Both the position numbers and the translations under genes were made by a program. DNA of 64,000 nt from Candidatus Altimarinota bacterium. GTDB taxonomy: Bacteria; Patescibacteriota; Gracilibacteria; CAIRYL01. The stretch lies in assembly GCA_965250085.1 (NCBI GenBank), contig OZ252287.1, positions 160,001 to 224,000 of the forward strand. Reading direction: 5' to 3'. Of this stretch, positions 9,835 through 19,838 are shown piece after piece. The first letter of the stretch is position 1. Every line of letters begins with the position of its first letter. The notes below the pieces were generated by a model. It saw only the letters and a program-made list of their open reading frames with translations. It searched no databases and was not told the DNA's origin.

Positions 9835-10129
9835 AAAAAAAGGGATAAAAGAGTAAAACTGCGGGAATTCTAGAGCGAAAAATGCAAAAAATCAAGTATG
9901 TCAGACGCGTTCGTAATGAGTCTTATTAAAGCCATTTTTCAGACCTGTTGTATACAAGTTTTTTCCAACGAATTTCGAGAAAAACCAGTTTTTTCATATA
10001 AAAACCAACAATTGAACTCTCTATAGGTTTCAAACCCATAAGTACAATAGATATTCCTCTTGCCTAGACACTGAGAAAGAAAATCGTCAAAATGCGCGAG
10101 ATTGTGTTTTGAACATTAACTGTATCCAC

Positions 10130-11497
10130 ATGAATACTCCTCAGAAATTTTTTGGATTTATTTTGCTCCCAGTCCTCACGTTTATTTTGGGATTTTCTTT
10201 TGCATCTGAATATCAAAAAGCTTCAAAAGGGCCTTCTCTTTCTTCTCGTCCGGATAAGAGCATCCATAATACGGCAGAAGAGATAGATCTCAAAAGTTTC
10301 CAAATGGCTTTAGAGAGTTGGGAAGAACATGCAGAGCGATCTGAAGATGAAAATATAGAAAAATTTAAAGCTTCCCTCAAAAAAACAGAACGATTAGTAC
10401 AAAGTCTTAAGAAATTGGATTTAGACATCCTGTGGGAAACGATAGGGGTACTCGAAGAAAAATATGTAGAACCAGAGAAAATAGATTTTCTCAAAATGGC
10501 AGAGGGAGCTATCAAAGGTGTTGTCTTTAGCGTTGGAGATCCTTACTCTACATACCTTACGGCGGAAGAAAGTAAAGACTTTAATGATGATCTTGCAGGG
10601 GAGCTAGAGGGAGTAGGGGCAGAACTCACCATGAAAAATGGATTTGTAACAGTTGTTTCACCTCTTAAAAACTCACCAGCTAGTAAAGGAGGGATCTTGC
10701 CAGAAGATGTGATTATTCAGGTAAATGATGAAGATATCACCAACAAAAGCTTGGGAGAGGTGGTTAAAAAAATAAGAGGACCCCGAGGGACCTCTGTTTC
10801 ACTCACGCTCCTCAGGCGTAATGTCCCAGATCCCATAGTGGTAGAAATTGTCCGTCAGAAGATCATTGTAGAAAGTGTGAGCCTTGAAATGAATGATGAC
10901 ATTGCTGTGCTAGAGGTAAATCAATTTGGAGACCGTACTGAAAAAGAGTTTGAAAAACATGTTCGTGATCTCATCACCAAAAATCCAAAAGGAGTAGTCC
11001 TCGATCTCAGATTTAACCCAGGTGGATATTTGGAAACAGCCATTGCGCTGGTTTCTATATTTGTCAAAGAAGGAAAAGTTGTAGTGCAAAAAGAAAGGGC
11101 TCCAAGTGTCGTAAACAAATATGTATATGACGGCAAAGCTCTTACGGATCTTCCTTTGGTAGTGCTCATTAATAAGGGGAGTGCAAGCGCTGCAGAGATT
11201 GTCGCTGGAGCCTTACAGGATCATGAGAGAGCTCTTGTAGTGGGGGAGCAGAGTTTTGGGAAAGGCACAGTGCAGGAAATTATTCCACTCTCAGATGGTT
11301 CAAATGTCAGACTTACTGTTGCCAAATGGCTCACTCCTGAAGGAAGAGATATTTCTGAAGTTGGTATTACTCCAGATATTGTTATAGAACGAACTCCAGA
11401 AGACTTTGAAAATGATCTTGATCCACAAATGGAGACCGCCCTCAAAATTCTCAGGGAAGCGCAAACGTTAGAAGATTTGAAGGGAAATGAAAATTAG
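10130..11497 (+). CDS. ctpA: S41 carboxyl-terminal processing protease (CtpA/Prc-like) with PDZ domain
   Basis: N-terminal TM, DPYS, PDZ (GVGAE..GPRGT), LDLRFNPGG, SASAAEI, FGKGTVQ. Confidence 0.93.
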   Translation: MNTPQKFFGFILLPVLTFILGFSFASEYQKASKGPSLSSRPDKSIHNTAEEIDLKSFQMALESWEEHAERSEDENIEKFKASLKKTERLVQSLKKLDLDILWETIGVLEEKYVEPEKIDFLKMAEGAIKGVVFSVGDPYSTYLTAEESKDFNDDLAGELEGVGAELTMKNGFVTVVSPLKNSPASKGGILPEDVIIQVNDEDITNKSLGEVVKKIRGPRGTSVSLTLLRRNVPDPIVVEIVRQKIIVESVSLEMNDDIAVLEVNQFGDRTEKEFEKHVRDLITKNPKGVVLDLRFNPGGYLETAIALVSIFVKEGKVVVQKERAPSVVNKYVYDGKALTDLPLVVLINKGSASAAEIVAGALQDHERALVVGEQSFGKGTVQEIIPLSDGSNVRLTVAKWLTPEGRDISEVGITPDIVIERTPEDFENDLDPQMETALKILREAQTLEDLKGNEN

Positions 11498-12069
11498 TAT
11501 TTTTTCTTACTCATTTCGTACACACCTTCCAGCCACTTCTCAAGATATTCTGGAGTTCGTTTGCGTTTAAAAGAAAGAAGCCTAAATGATATGAGCTTGA
11601 GGCCACAAAATCCTAATCGTCCCAAATTCCAACTCGTTTTAAATGGCTTGCAAACACTATAAAACCAACTGGGGCCATCAGCAGTGATAAAAATACGGGC
11701 AATTTTTCCCTTGAGGAGTTGGCGGGGGAGAAATTTACTGTCTTTTGTGTATCGATATGCAAATCCAGAGGTAAAGTTCATATCTACCCAGTTTTTGAGA
11801 ATTGCAGGAGCATCAAACCACCACAGAGGATGCACAATCACAATTTCATCAGCCCAAGTGATTTTCTCCTGCATTTTGGTACGAACCGGATCATCTGGCC
11901 AATTTCTCACATCTTCAAATTCCAGAAAATCTTGCCGATTTTCAGGTGCATAGAGATCTATAACTTCCACATTCTTCCCCGATTCTTCAGCGCCTTTTCT
12001 ATATATATTTGCAATGCGATGAGTAAAGCCTTTGGAGCTTGGATGAGCGGTAACAATGAGTATATTCAT
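11494..12069 (-). CDS. NAD(P)H-dependent oxidoreductase, flavodoxin-2 family
   Basis: MNILIVTAHP, DLY, HPLWWFDAPAILKNWVD; ATG 12069. Confidence 0.9.
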   Translation of the reverse strand: MNILIVTAHPSSKGFTHRIANIYRKGAEESGKNVEVIDLYAPENRQDFLEFEDVRNWPDDPVRTKMQEKITWADEIVIVHPLWWFDAPAILKNWVDMNFTSGFAYRYTKDSKFLPRQLLKGKIARIFITADGPSWFYSVCKPFKTSWNLGRLGFCGLKLISFRLLSFKRKRTPEYLEKWLEGVYEMSKKKY

Positions 12070-12088
12070 AAGGAAGAAAAAAGAGAGT

Positions 12089-12613
12089 TTATACACCCGA
12101 TTGTAGAAGAAAGAAGAATATTGTTCCAATAAGAAAGGCAAGAAAAATAACAAAAAAGAGAAATTTTCTTACCTGTAAAGAGTGAACTTTGCTTTGTAAA
12201 TGTTGTATCTCATCTTCTTGCTCTCCAAGAATTGACTGCAAATCCTTTTGAGCATTACGAGATTCAAGAAGAGGAACTGAATGCCTGAGCTCTGACTCTA
12301 AAAATCCTAACTTTTGATGAAGTTGCATAAGGAGCACATCCTTCTTCTCGAGTTCTTTTTTTGTTTCTTTCAAAAGAATTTTATATTTTTGAGGAGACTC
12401 ATAGATTTCTTCATCTGATGTTGCAGGCAGTACATGAAGATTATGAGCGTTACGCGATTTCTGAAAAGCTTGAACATCCCCCATGCGAAAAAATATGCGC
12501 CCTTTTTTTCGTACAGAGTTCAGTTTTTTCCCCTTTACATACCGATCAAGGGTGCGAGTCGATACTTCAAGGATTTCGGCCGCCTCATGTCTTCCGATCA
12601 AATTTTGGATCAT
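12089..12613 (-). CDS. excisionase/MerR-like HTH + coiled coil + C-terminal TM protein
   Basis: EAAEILEVSTRTLDRYVKGKKL HTH, heptad-rich middle, hydrophobic C-terminal FLFFVIFLAFLIGTIFFFLL. Confidence 0.8.
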   Translation of the reverse strand: MIQNLIGRHEAAEILEVSTRTLDRYVKGKKLNSVRKKGRIFFRMGDVQAFQKSRNAHNLHVLPATSDEEIYESPQKYKILLKETKKELEKKDVLLMQLHQKLGFLESELRHSVPLLESRNAQKDLQSILGEQEDEIQHLQSKVHSLQVRKFLFFVIFLAFLIGTIFFFLLQSGV

Positions 12614-12771
12614 ATGCTGTACAGAGGAAACAAAGAAGATCTTTCTCTATTGTTGCCAAAACTCTATCAAAAAGACAAGAAAATCGTGCAAAAACCACAA
12701 GTTTTTTAGAAAATACTTGAAGAAAAGGTATAAAAACCGTCACAATGTAAACGGTAAAACTTCAAAAAAAT

Positions 12772-14196
12772 ATGCTGAGACGATTTTTGTTTTCTATCAC
12801 GGCTCTTTTTTCCCTCTTTTTTTTCCTTGGAGCGAGCGATTCTTTTGCTGCTGTGCCAAGTGAATGGAAAATTAACATCACCCTCAAGCATGAATATTAT
12901 CACTTTGTCCTACCCCTCAGATCCGCTCCTTCGGATCACTTTTTTCAACAGAAAAAAGTGATTTCTCCTCAGACAATTTCTCTCTCAGGAGAGAATCCAT
13001 TTTTTTGCTCTGATGATGAATCAGAGCAAAGTGAAATAAATGAGTCAGAAATATTCGATGAATGGGAGGTAAATGGAGAAGAAATCTCCAATTTTCTTCA
13101 AAAAAAAGTCAGTCCAAAGATTGGAAGAGCTGCCAGCAATGTTACCATCTCTCGAGACGAACATGGAAACATCGCTTTTGATGGATATGCAGACTTTGGA
13201 GAAGAACTCGATATAGAAGCCTCTACCAAACTTATTGCTGAAGCTATTTATAATGGGGTTCCGCAAGTACACTTGGCCGTGATAAAAACAGATCCAGTAG
13301 TGACAGTATTGGACGAAGAACTCAGAGAGAAAGGGATTACAAGCCTCCTTTCCGTAGGAAGAAGTGATTTTACTGGGTCCCCTCGAAACAGGGTGCACAA
13401 CATTGGAGTAGGGGCAAACAGATTTAACGGACTTCTCATTGAGCAAGGACAGGAGTTTTCATTTAATCAGCATCTCGGAAGAGTAGATGGATCTACTGGA
13501 TATCTCAAAGAATTGGTAATCGTGGGTCCAAAAACTATTCCAGAATATGGTGGAGGGCTCTGCCAAGTGTCTTCTACCACATATAGAGGGGCAATGCTTG
13601 CCGGTTTTCCTATTGTAGAAAGAAAAAATCATTCATACTCAGTCGTGTATTATCATCCTGTCGGAAGCGATGCCACTATTTACCCAGGATCTGCAGATTT
13701 TAAATTCATGAATGACACGCCAGGAGCAATTCTTATTCAAACTCAGGCGAAAGGAGAGGAATTGTATTTTCACTATTATGGCACCAAAGATGAGAGACAA
13801 GTGAGCCTCATGGGGCCATATACATGGGGATATGTGAGTGCACCGGCACCAAAACACACCACTTCTAATGACATTCCTGTAGGAACGAGTCAGCAGTTGT
13901 CTGGATACCATCCAGGACTCAGCAGCTCTTGGTATCGAAAAGTTCAATATCAAGAAGAAGAGCAAATATCTTCTGATCAGGAAAAATCTGTAGAAATTGT
14001 GTTCTTAGAAGAAGAAACTCCTTCGGATGAGCCTGAACAGGAAGTGCCAAATGAGGGACTTGCTCCTAAAGACAACTGGGAAGCATATCACTCCAAGTAT
14101 CAGGCGAGAGGCGTATGGGTCGTCACTGGCGTATCTGCAGAAGAATCTTCTGAAGAAAATAATTCTTCTTCTGATGGAAGTTGGATAGCTGAATAA
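12772..14196 (+). CDS. VanW family protein
   Basis: Signal peptide; RVHNI, FSFNQHLG, GGGLCQVSST, ERKNHS, GSDATI, DFKFMN. Confidence 0.9.
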   Translation: MLRRFLFSITALFSLFFFLGASDSFAAVPSEWKINITLKHEYYHFVLPLRSAPSDHFFQQKKVISPQTISLSGENPFFCSDDESEQSEINESEIFDEWEVNGEEISNFLQKKVSPKIGRAASNVTISRDEHGNIAFDGYADFGEELDIEASTKLIAEAIYNGVPQVHLAVIKTDPVVTVLDEELREKGITSLLSVGRSDFTGSPRNRVHNIGVGANRFNGLLIEQGQEFSFNQHLGRVDGSTGYLKELVIVGPKTIPEYGGGLCQVSSTTYRGAMLAGFPIVERKNHSYSVVYYHPVGSDATIYPGSADFKFMNDTPGAILIQTQAKGEELYFHYYGTKDERQVSLMGPYTWGYVSAPAPKHTTSNDIPVGTSQQLSGYHPGLSSSWYRKVQYQEEEQISSDQEKSVEIVFLEEETPSDEPEQEVPNEGLAPKDNWEAYHSKYQARGVWVVTGVSAEESSEENNSSSDGSWIAE

Positions 14197-14205
14197 TGTT
14201 TTTGA

Positions 14206-15888
14206 ATGAACAAAACCTGCGTCCACTGCTCGGCCGAGTTTAAAATCACAGATAAAGATTTAAAGTTTTATGACAGCGTTTCACCTATTTTTTCTGGGAA
14301 AAAATATCAAATTCCTGAGCCAACACATTGTCCCAAATGTAGGCAGCTGAGAAGAATGGCATTTCGAAATGAAAGAAATTTGTACAGAAGAAAACAGTCC
14401 CGAGAGGACAAAGAAATGATTTCTATTTATTCTCCCGACAAAAAGTATAATATTTTGCATCCAAATGCTTGGTGGAGCGATCAGTGGAATGCACTTGATT
14501 ATGGTCAAGAATTTGATTTTTCATGTGGTTTTTTTGAACAATTTTCAAATCTTTTAAGAAAAACTCCTCTTTTGGGATTATGCGCGCTCGGATGTGAAAA
14601 TGCAGAGTATGTAAATTATTGTGGATATTCAAGAAATGCTTATCTTTCCTATAATTCTGATTATTCAGAAAATCTTCTCTATAGTTCTGATTGCATCCAA
14701 TGCAAAGATGTTATTGATTGCCTCAAATGCTCTCATTCAGAACTCTGCTATGAATGCGTAGACGTACATAATTCTTATAACACTTCATATTCTCAGTTAT
14801 GTGAGAATTGTTCAAATTCTAAATTTTTATTTGACTGCCATAGTTGCCATGACTGTTTTGGATCAGCGGGCTTGAGAAATAAAAAACATATTTTCCTGAA
14901 TACGCAATACTCGAAAGAAGAATATAATCATAAAATTCAAGAACTGGAACAATTTTCGCGAGAAAAAATAAAAAAAGATGTACAAAAATCGTGGAATGAA
15001 ATTCCAAGAATTTGTGCTCAAATACGAAATTCTAAAAACGTAAGTGGAGATTATGTCTCTCATTCAAAAGGAATTGAACGTAGTTTTGACATACAGCAGT
15101 GTGAAGATATTAAATATTGCGGAACACTTAACACAGCAAAAAATTGCTATGATTGGGATTATACTGGATACAACTCTGAACTCTGCTATGAGCTCTCCAG
15201 TTGCGGAGATAGAATCTACAACTCTTCATTTTCGTGCAATATATGGTCAGGTGGGAAAGATACTTTTTATTGTTTTCTGGGTTCAGCAATGAAAAACTGC
15301 TTTGGCTGCGTTGGACTGAGACACAAGAAATACTGCATCTTGAACAAACAGTACAGCAAGGAAGAATATGAAGAACTGGTTCCAAAGATCATAGAACATA
15401 TGAGAGAAACAGGAGAATGGGGAGAGTTTTTTCCAGTAGAGCTGTCACCCTTTGCCTATAACGAAACCGTAGCGCAAGAATACTATCCACTCACCAAAGA
15501 AGAAGTCCTTAAGAAAGGATGGAAATGGAAAGAAGAAGAGGAACCAGATTTTTCTGATGTGAGTAAAAAGATCCCAGCTGCCCAACTTCCAGAGAAGATA
15601 AAAGACATTCCTGACGATATTCTTTCTTGGGCACTAGAGTGTCAGGAAACCAAGAAGCTGTACAAGATCCAGAAAGCAGAGCTTGAATTCTATCGCAAGC
15701 AACATCTTCCGATTCCTCATTTACATCCAGACGTAAGACACCAGAAGCGGATGTCACTGAGGAATCCCAGAAAGCTCTACTCAAGGACTTGTGACAAGTG
15801 CAGCAAATCAATACAAACCACTTATTCACCAGAGAGACCGGAGACGGTATACTGCGAAGAGTGTTATTTGAAAGAGATTTATGAATAA
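14206..15888 (+). CDS. CPR-type cysteine-rich repeat protein with terminal CxxC zinc-ribbon motifs
   Basis: N-terminal CxxC..CPxC, RNERNLY, WWSDxW, two CFGxxGLRxKxxxxLNxQYSKEEY copies, EWGEFFP..SPFAYNET, C-terminal CDKC..CEECY. Confidence 0.85.
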   Translation: MNKTCVHCSAEFKITDKDLKFYDSVSPIFSGKKYQIPEPTHCPKCRQLRRMAFRNERNLYRRKQSREDKEMISIYSPDKKYNILHPNAWWSDQWNALDYGQEFDFSCGFFEQFSNLLRKTPLLGLCALGCENAEYVNYCGYSRNAYLSYNSDYSENLLYSSDCIQCKDVIDCLKCSHSELCYECVDVHNSYNTSYSQLCENCSNSKFLFDCHSCHDCFGSAGLRNKKHIFLNTQYSKEEYNHKIQELEQFSREKIKKDVQKSWNEIPRICAQIRNSKNVSGDYVSHSKGIERSFDIQQCEDIKYCGTLNTAKNCYDWDYTGYNSELCYELSSCGDRIYNSSFSCNIWSGGKDTFYCFLGSAMKNCFGCVGLRHKKYCILNKQYSKEEYEELVPKIIEHMRETGEWGEFFPVELSPFAYNETVAQEYYPLTKEEVLKKGWKWKEEEEPDFSDVSKKIPAAQLPEKIKDIPDDILSWALECQETKKLYKIQKAELEFYRKQHLPIPHLHPDVRHQKRMSLRNPRKLYSRTCDKCSKSIQTTYSPERPETVYCEECYLKEIYE

Positions 15889-15897
15889 TGTGAATTT

Positions 15898-16555
15898 ATG
15901 AAAAACGGAATCGATAAAGAGATACGATTACAGGCGTCACAAACATGTGTCATCGTTATTGATCCTCAGAAAGGTTTTACTTCTGAGGGATCATTTGGAA
16001 AAGCATTTTCCAAAAAAGATATAAAACCCATAGAAGAATCTTTTGAAAAATTAGAAAATTTTATAAATGCTCTTCCTCCAGAGGTTTATCGTATTTTTGT
16101 GAAATCTCAATACAGAAAAGGACAGTTCACAAGTGGTCAGCTCCATGAGCCACTCTCTTCACTTTGTGTTCCAGAAGCTCATAATAACGATATGGAATTT
16201 GCTATTACCAAGCCATCTGAAGAGACTCTTGTTTATAAATCTCAAAATAATTCCCTCGCTTCTCCAGAATTTCTTCAATAATATCCTCAGTGTAAGGAAA
16301 GAAGGGGTTGTAAGTTTTGTCCTCGGAGGATGTACTCTTACCACCTGTGTTTATGAGACGACTACGTCTCTCAGGAGGTTCCTGACTTCCTTGGATTCAG
16401 ATACAGTGCGATCTGAAGTTATACTTCCTTTAAGTATCGCGGGAGCACGAAAAAGTCATTACGAGAGTGAAAAAGTAAATACGGTCATTGCGGAGCTTCG
16501 AGAAGTAGGAATTGAAGTGTTAGACCTCGCAAAGAAAATAGTGTTCACGGAGTAA
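15898..16555 (+). pseudogene. isochorismatase/cysteine hydrolase family gene broken by +1 frameshift near 16279
   Basis: ORF1 has IVIDPQKGF and K; ORF2 has LGGCTLTTCV; deleting one A in caataatatc fuses them (..PEFLQYILSVRKEG..). Confidence 0.7.
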
Positions 16556-16617
16556 AAATTTGACATAAAAATAAAAATATAGTACATATGTAACATGTTG
16601 CAAGTAATCATTCTTAT

Positions 16618-16851
16618 ATGCTGAGTTCAGAAAAAACGAAAGGTATGATAGCCGCTACTCAAAAAGGCAGGCATGATTTTCATGAATCACTTGTCATTGG
16701 GGCCGAAGGAACATCTCATATGACTTTCACAAGACGAGAGGGAGAAACGAACGATACTTTTCAGAAGAGGATAGATAAAGCAAGTAGTGCATATAGGGGA
16801 CAAATAAATGCAAGAGTGGTGAGGATTCCTCGTGGTCTGGACGCTAAGTAA
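16618..16851 (+). CDS. small hypothetical protein
   Basis: 77-aa ATG ORF in gap, TTGACA upstream at 16560. Confidence 0.5.
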   Translation: MLSSEKTKGMIAATQKGRHDFHESLVIGAEGTSHMTFTRREGETNDTFQKRIDKASSAYRGQINARVVRIPRGLDAK

Positions 16852-16960
16852 TTTCCTAAAATCTTTATGGTAAGGGAATTTTCTCCATTTTCTCTTTTCA
16901 GATTTACCCCATTCCCGTACAATCTGCGGGAATTTTTTTGTTGTATCACACTTTTTTTTT

Positions 16961-18976
16961 ATGGATATCACACTCGTTGTTTCTTTTGCAGTAGCGGTTG
17001 CTAGTCTTTTGTATGCCGGCTATAACACCTACCGAGTATTGCAGCACGAAGCTGGAAATGAAAAAATGCAAGACATTGCCGCCTCTATCCAGGAAGGAGC
17101 AATGGCATACATGAATCGTCAGTTCAAAACCGTAGCAGTGTTTGCACTGCTTATATTTGCCTTTATGTACTGGAGACTCGATCCCTATATTGCGTGGACA
17201 TTTCTGGTGGGAGCGGTGTTTTCGGCCATTGCCGGATATGTGGGGATGCATGTGTCAGTACGGGCCAATGTGAGGACTGCAGCTGCGGCAAAAAAAGGCT
17301 TGAAAGAGGCACTTTCTGTCGCTTTTCGAGGAGGATCGGTAACCGGTCTTGCGGTCGTGGGCCTTGCCCTTCTTGGAATATCCGGACTCTATCTCCTCTA
17401 TCTAGAACTCAATATTCCCGCAGAAGAGATTCCTCATCTGTTGATCGGATTTGGATTTGGAGCTTCTCTTATTTCACTCTTTGCTCGTCTCGGAGGAGGT
17501 ATCTTTACCAAAGCGGCCGATGTGGGAGCGGATTTGGTAGGAAAAATAGAAGCGGGAATCCCAGAAGATGACCCCAGAAATCCGGCCACTATCGCGGATA
17601 ATGTGGGAGATAACGTAGGAGATTGTGCGGGTATGGGAGCGGATCTTTTTGAAACCTATGCAGTAACTTTGATTGCTGCCATGATTTTAGCAGTGTCAGG
17701 AGGGGAGAGTATTGAATATCCACTGGCTCTGGGAGCAGTGGCCGTCGTGGCAACTATGATAAGTATCAATTTTGTAAAAACAAACAGTAAAAAGGGGATC
17801 ATGAAGGCACTGTACAAAGGAATGGGAGTGGCGCAGGTACTCTCTCTTATTGGATTTTATTTTGTGACCGATTATCTTCTCGGACATGGTGCCATGTCAC
17901 TCTTTTACACAACAGTCGTCGGAGCCGTGATCACAGTGCTTACTATTGTGATTACTGAATACTACACTTCCACGGAGTACAAACCGGTGAAAGAAGTAGC
18001 CAAGGCATCTGAAACAGGAGCGGGAACTAATCTGATCATTGGTCTTTCTGCCGGAATGGAGAGCACGATATTGATTGTTCTTCTCATTGTCGGTGGTATC
18101 ATCGCGTCTTACAGTTTTGCGGGGCTGTATGGAATAGCTATTGCCGCTGTCTCCATGCTGAGCACCACAGGAATGGTGATCGCTATGGATACGTATGGAC
18201 CTATTACTGATAATGCTGGAGGGATCGCAGAAATGGCAGAACTTCCTTCTGGAGTACGTGATGTGACCGATGCACTCGATGCAGTGGGAAATACCACAAA
18301 AGCCGTGACCAAAGGATATGCTATTGGTTCCGCAGCACTGGCGGCACTGGTGCTCTTCCAAGATTACAACCAAGCGCTCACAGATGCGACAGGAGTCCAC
18401 ACGACTTTTGATCTGACGGATTATCGAGTTATTGTTGGACTTTTCCTGGGAGGACTTGTTCCCTATGCATTCTCTTCTGTGGCAATGAAAGCCGTAGGAA
18501 AAGCAGCTCATTCAGTAGTAGAAGAAGTGCGTAGACAGTTTCGAGATATCAAAGGTATCATGGAAGGAACAGCGCGCCCAGACTACAAGCGATGTGTTGA
18601 TATTGTGACCAAAGCTGCACTCAAAGAAATGATCATTCCCGCACTTATTGCGGTACTTTCACCAATTCTTGTTGGATTTGTTCTCGGTGCAGAAGCACTT
18701 GGAGGGCTTTTGATTGGAGTGATCGTCTCCGGACTTTTGATGGCCATATCTATGGCAAATGGGGGAGCAACGTGGGATAACGCTAAGAAGTATATCGAAG
18801 ATGGTCATCATGGTGGAAAAGGATCTGAAGCACACAAAGCTGCCGTTGTGGGGGACACCGTGGGAGATCCATATAAAGACACCGCAGGACCAGCTCTCAA
18901 TGCTCTGATTAAAGTGATCAATACGATTGCGCTTCTTATTGCTGCAGGCGTTGTGAGCTTTGGAGGACTCTTGTAA
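16961..18976 (+). CDS. hppA: membrane ion-translocating pyrophosphatase, predicted K+-independent
   Basis: [62 protein letters not shown]. Confidence 0.97.
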   Translation: MDITLVVSFAVAVASLLYAGYNTYRVLQHEAGNEKMQDIAASIQEGAMAYMNRQFKTVAVFALLIFAFMYWRLDPYIAWTFLVGAVFSAIAGYVGMHVSVRANVRTAAAAKKGLKEALSVAFRGGSVTGLAVVGLALLGISGLYLLYLELNIPAEEIPHLLIGFGFGASLISLFARLGGGIFTKAADVGADLVGKIEAGIPEDDPRNPATIADNVGDNVGDCAGMGADLFETYAVTLIAAMILAVSGGESIEYPLALGAVAVVATMISINFVKTNSKKGIMKALYKGMGVAQVLSLIGFYFVTDYLLGHGAMSLFYTTVVGAVITVLTIVITEYYTSTEYKPVKEVAKASETGAGTNLIIGLSAGMESTILIVLLIVGGIIASYSFAGLYGIAIAAVSMLSTTGMVIAMDTYGPITDNAGGIAEMAELPSGVRDVTDALDAVGNTTKAVTKGYAIGSAALAALVLFQDYNQALTDATGVHTTFDLTDYRVIVGLFLGGLVPYAFSSVAMKAVGKAAHSVVEEVRRQFRDIKGIMEGTARPDYKRCVDIVTKAALKEMIIPALIAVLSPILVGFVLGAEALGGLLIGVIVSGLLMAISMANGGATWDNAKKYIEDGHHGGKGSEAHKAAVVGDTVGDPYKDTAGPALNALIKVINTIALLIAAGVVSFGGLL

Positions 18977-18981
18977 GTTTT

Positions 18982-19058
18982 TAAAGTTCGTAAAGTTTGT
19001 AAAGTAGAAAGATTCTTATAATTACTGACAACTGACAACTGACAACTGACTACTGACT
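18982..19058 (+). repeat. short tandem repeats: 3x TAAAGTnnn then 5x ACTGAC(A/T)
   Basis: taaagttcg/taaagtttg/taaagtaga at 18982-19008; actgaca x3 + actgact x2 at 19024-19058. Confidence 0.85.
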
Positions 19059-19098
19059 ACTTACTCACCGACTTACTGATCCACTTATTCACTTGCCG

Positions 19099-19806
19099 AT
19101 GAACGAACTTCTTTTTCTCGGATTTACTCTATTTTTACTGGGAGTCAATCTCGCTGCATTTCGAGATGGAAAAACCTATGTATTTGTACTCATCGGACTG
19201 TATGCGGTGATAATGAATATCTTTGTCACGAAACAATTTGATCTGTTTGGATATGCTATCACTGGAGGAAATGCACTCTATGGAGCCAGTTTCCTCCTTA
19301 CAGATCTCCTTTCTGAGCATTATGGAAAAAAAGAGGCATATAAAGCCGTATGGGTCGGATTTCTCTCTATGACAGTATTTGTGATAACAACGCAGGTATT
19401 GCTTGCATTTCAGGTGAATGAAATGGATTTTGTGCAAGGATCTCTCCAGACACTCTTTAGCGTGACGCCACGCATCCTTTTTGGGTCTTTCCTCGCATAT
19501 GCCATTGCTCAAAGCTTTGACGTATGGATGTTTGCCAAAATTAAACAGTGGACAAGGGGAAAATGGCTCTTTCTGCGTAATAATGGATCTACTCTGATTT
19601 CGCAGTTTATCGATAGCGTGATCTTTACAGCCGTAGGACTTACGACTTTCGCCTTTGTCCCATGGGAGGGGATTATCAGCACGGATATCTTCTGGGAAGT
19701 CACCCTCGCTACCTATGTGATCAAGGTCATTGTAGCGCTCATTGATACGCCGTTTTTGTACTTGAGTTATAAGTTTTTACCAAAAGAAAAACTAGAAAAT
19801 AGTTAA
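19099..19806 (+). CDS. queuosine precursor transporter (YhhQ/Vut_1 family)
   Basis: NIFVTK, FLLTDLLSEHYG, TPRI, AQSFDV, RNNGSTLISQFIDS, DTPFLY. Confidence 0.9.
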   Translation: MNELLFLGFTLFLLGVNLAAFRDGKTYVFVLIGLYAVIMNIFVTKQFDLFGYAITGGNALYGASFLLTDLLSEHYGKKEAYKAVWVGFLSMTVFVITTQVLLAFQVNEMDFVQGSLQTLFSVTPRILFGSFLAYAIAQSFDVWMFAKIKQWTRGKWLFLRNNGSTLISQFIDSVIFTAVGLTTFAFVPWEGIISTDIFWEVTLATYVIKVIVALIDTPFLYLSYKFLPKEKLENS

Positions 19807-19838
19807 ATGAATAAATAATTTATACTTGAACAAATATT

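Noticed and set aside
9835-10129. ncRNA/tRNA in the larger intergenic gaps (also 54803-55063, 58933-59188)
   Set aside because: No cloverleaf, T-loop GTTC context or known riboswitch core recognised; a covariance-model search would be needed to exclude fully
12089-12613. Prophage excisionase
   Set aside because: C-terminal TM and coiled coil, and no phage or integrase genes nearby
14206-15888. Diversity-generating retroelement target
   Set aside because: No reverse transcriptase and no TR/VR pair differing at adenines seen in the window
18977-19098. preQ1 riboswitch upstream of the queuosine precursor transporter
   Set aside because: No recognisable stem-loop plus A-rich tail; region consists of simple tandem repeats
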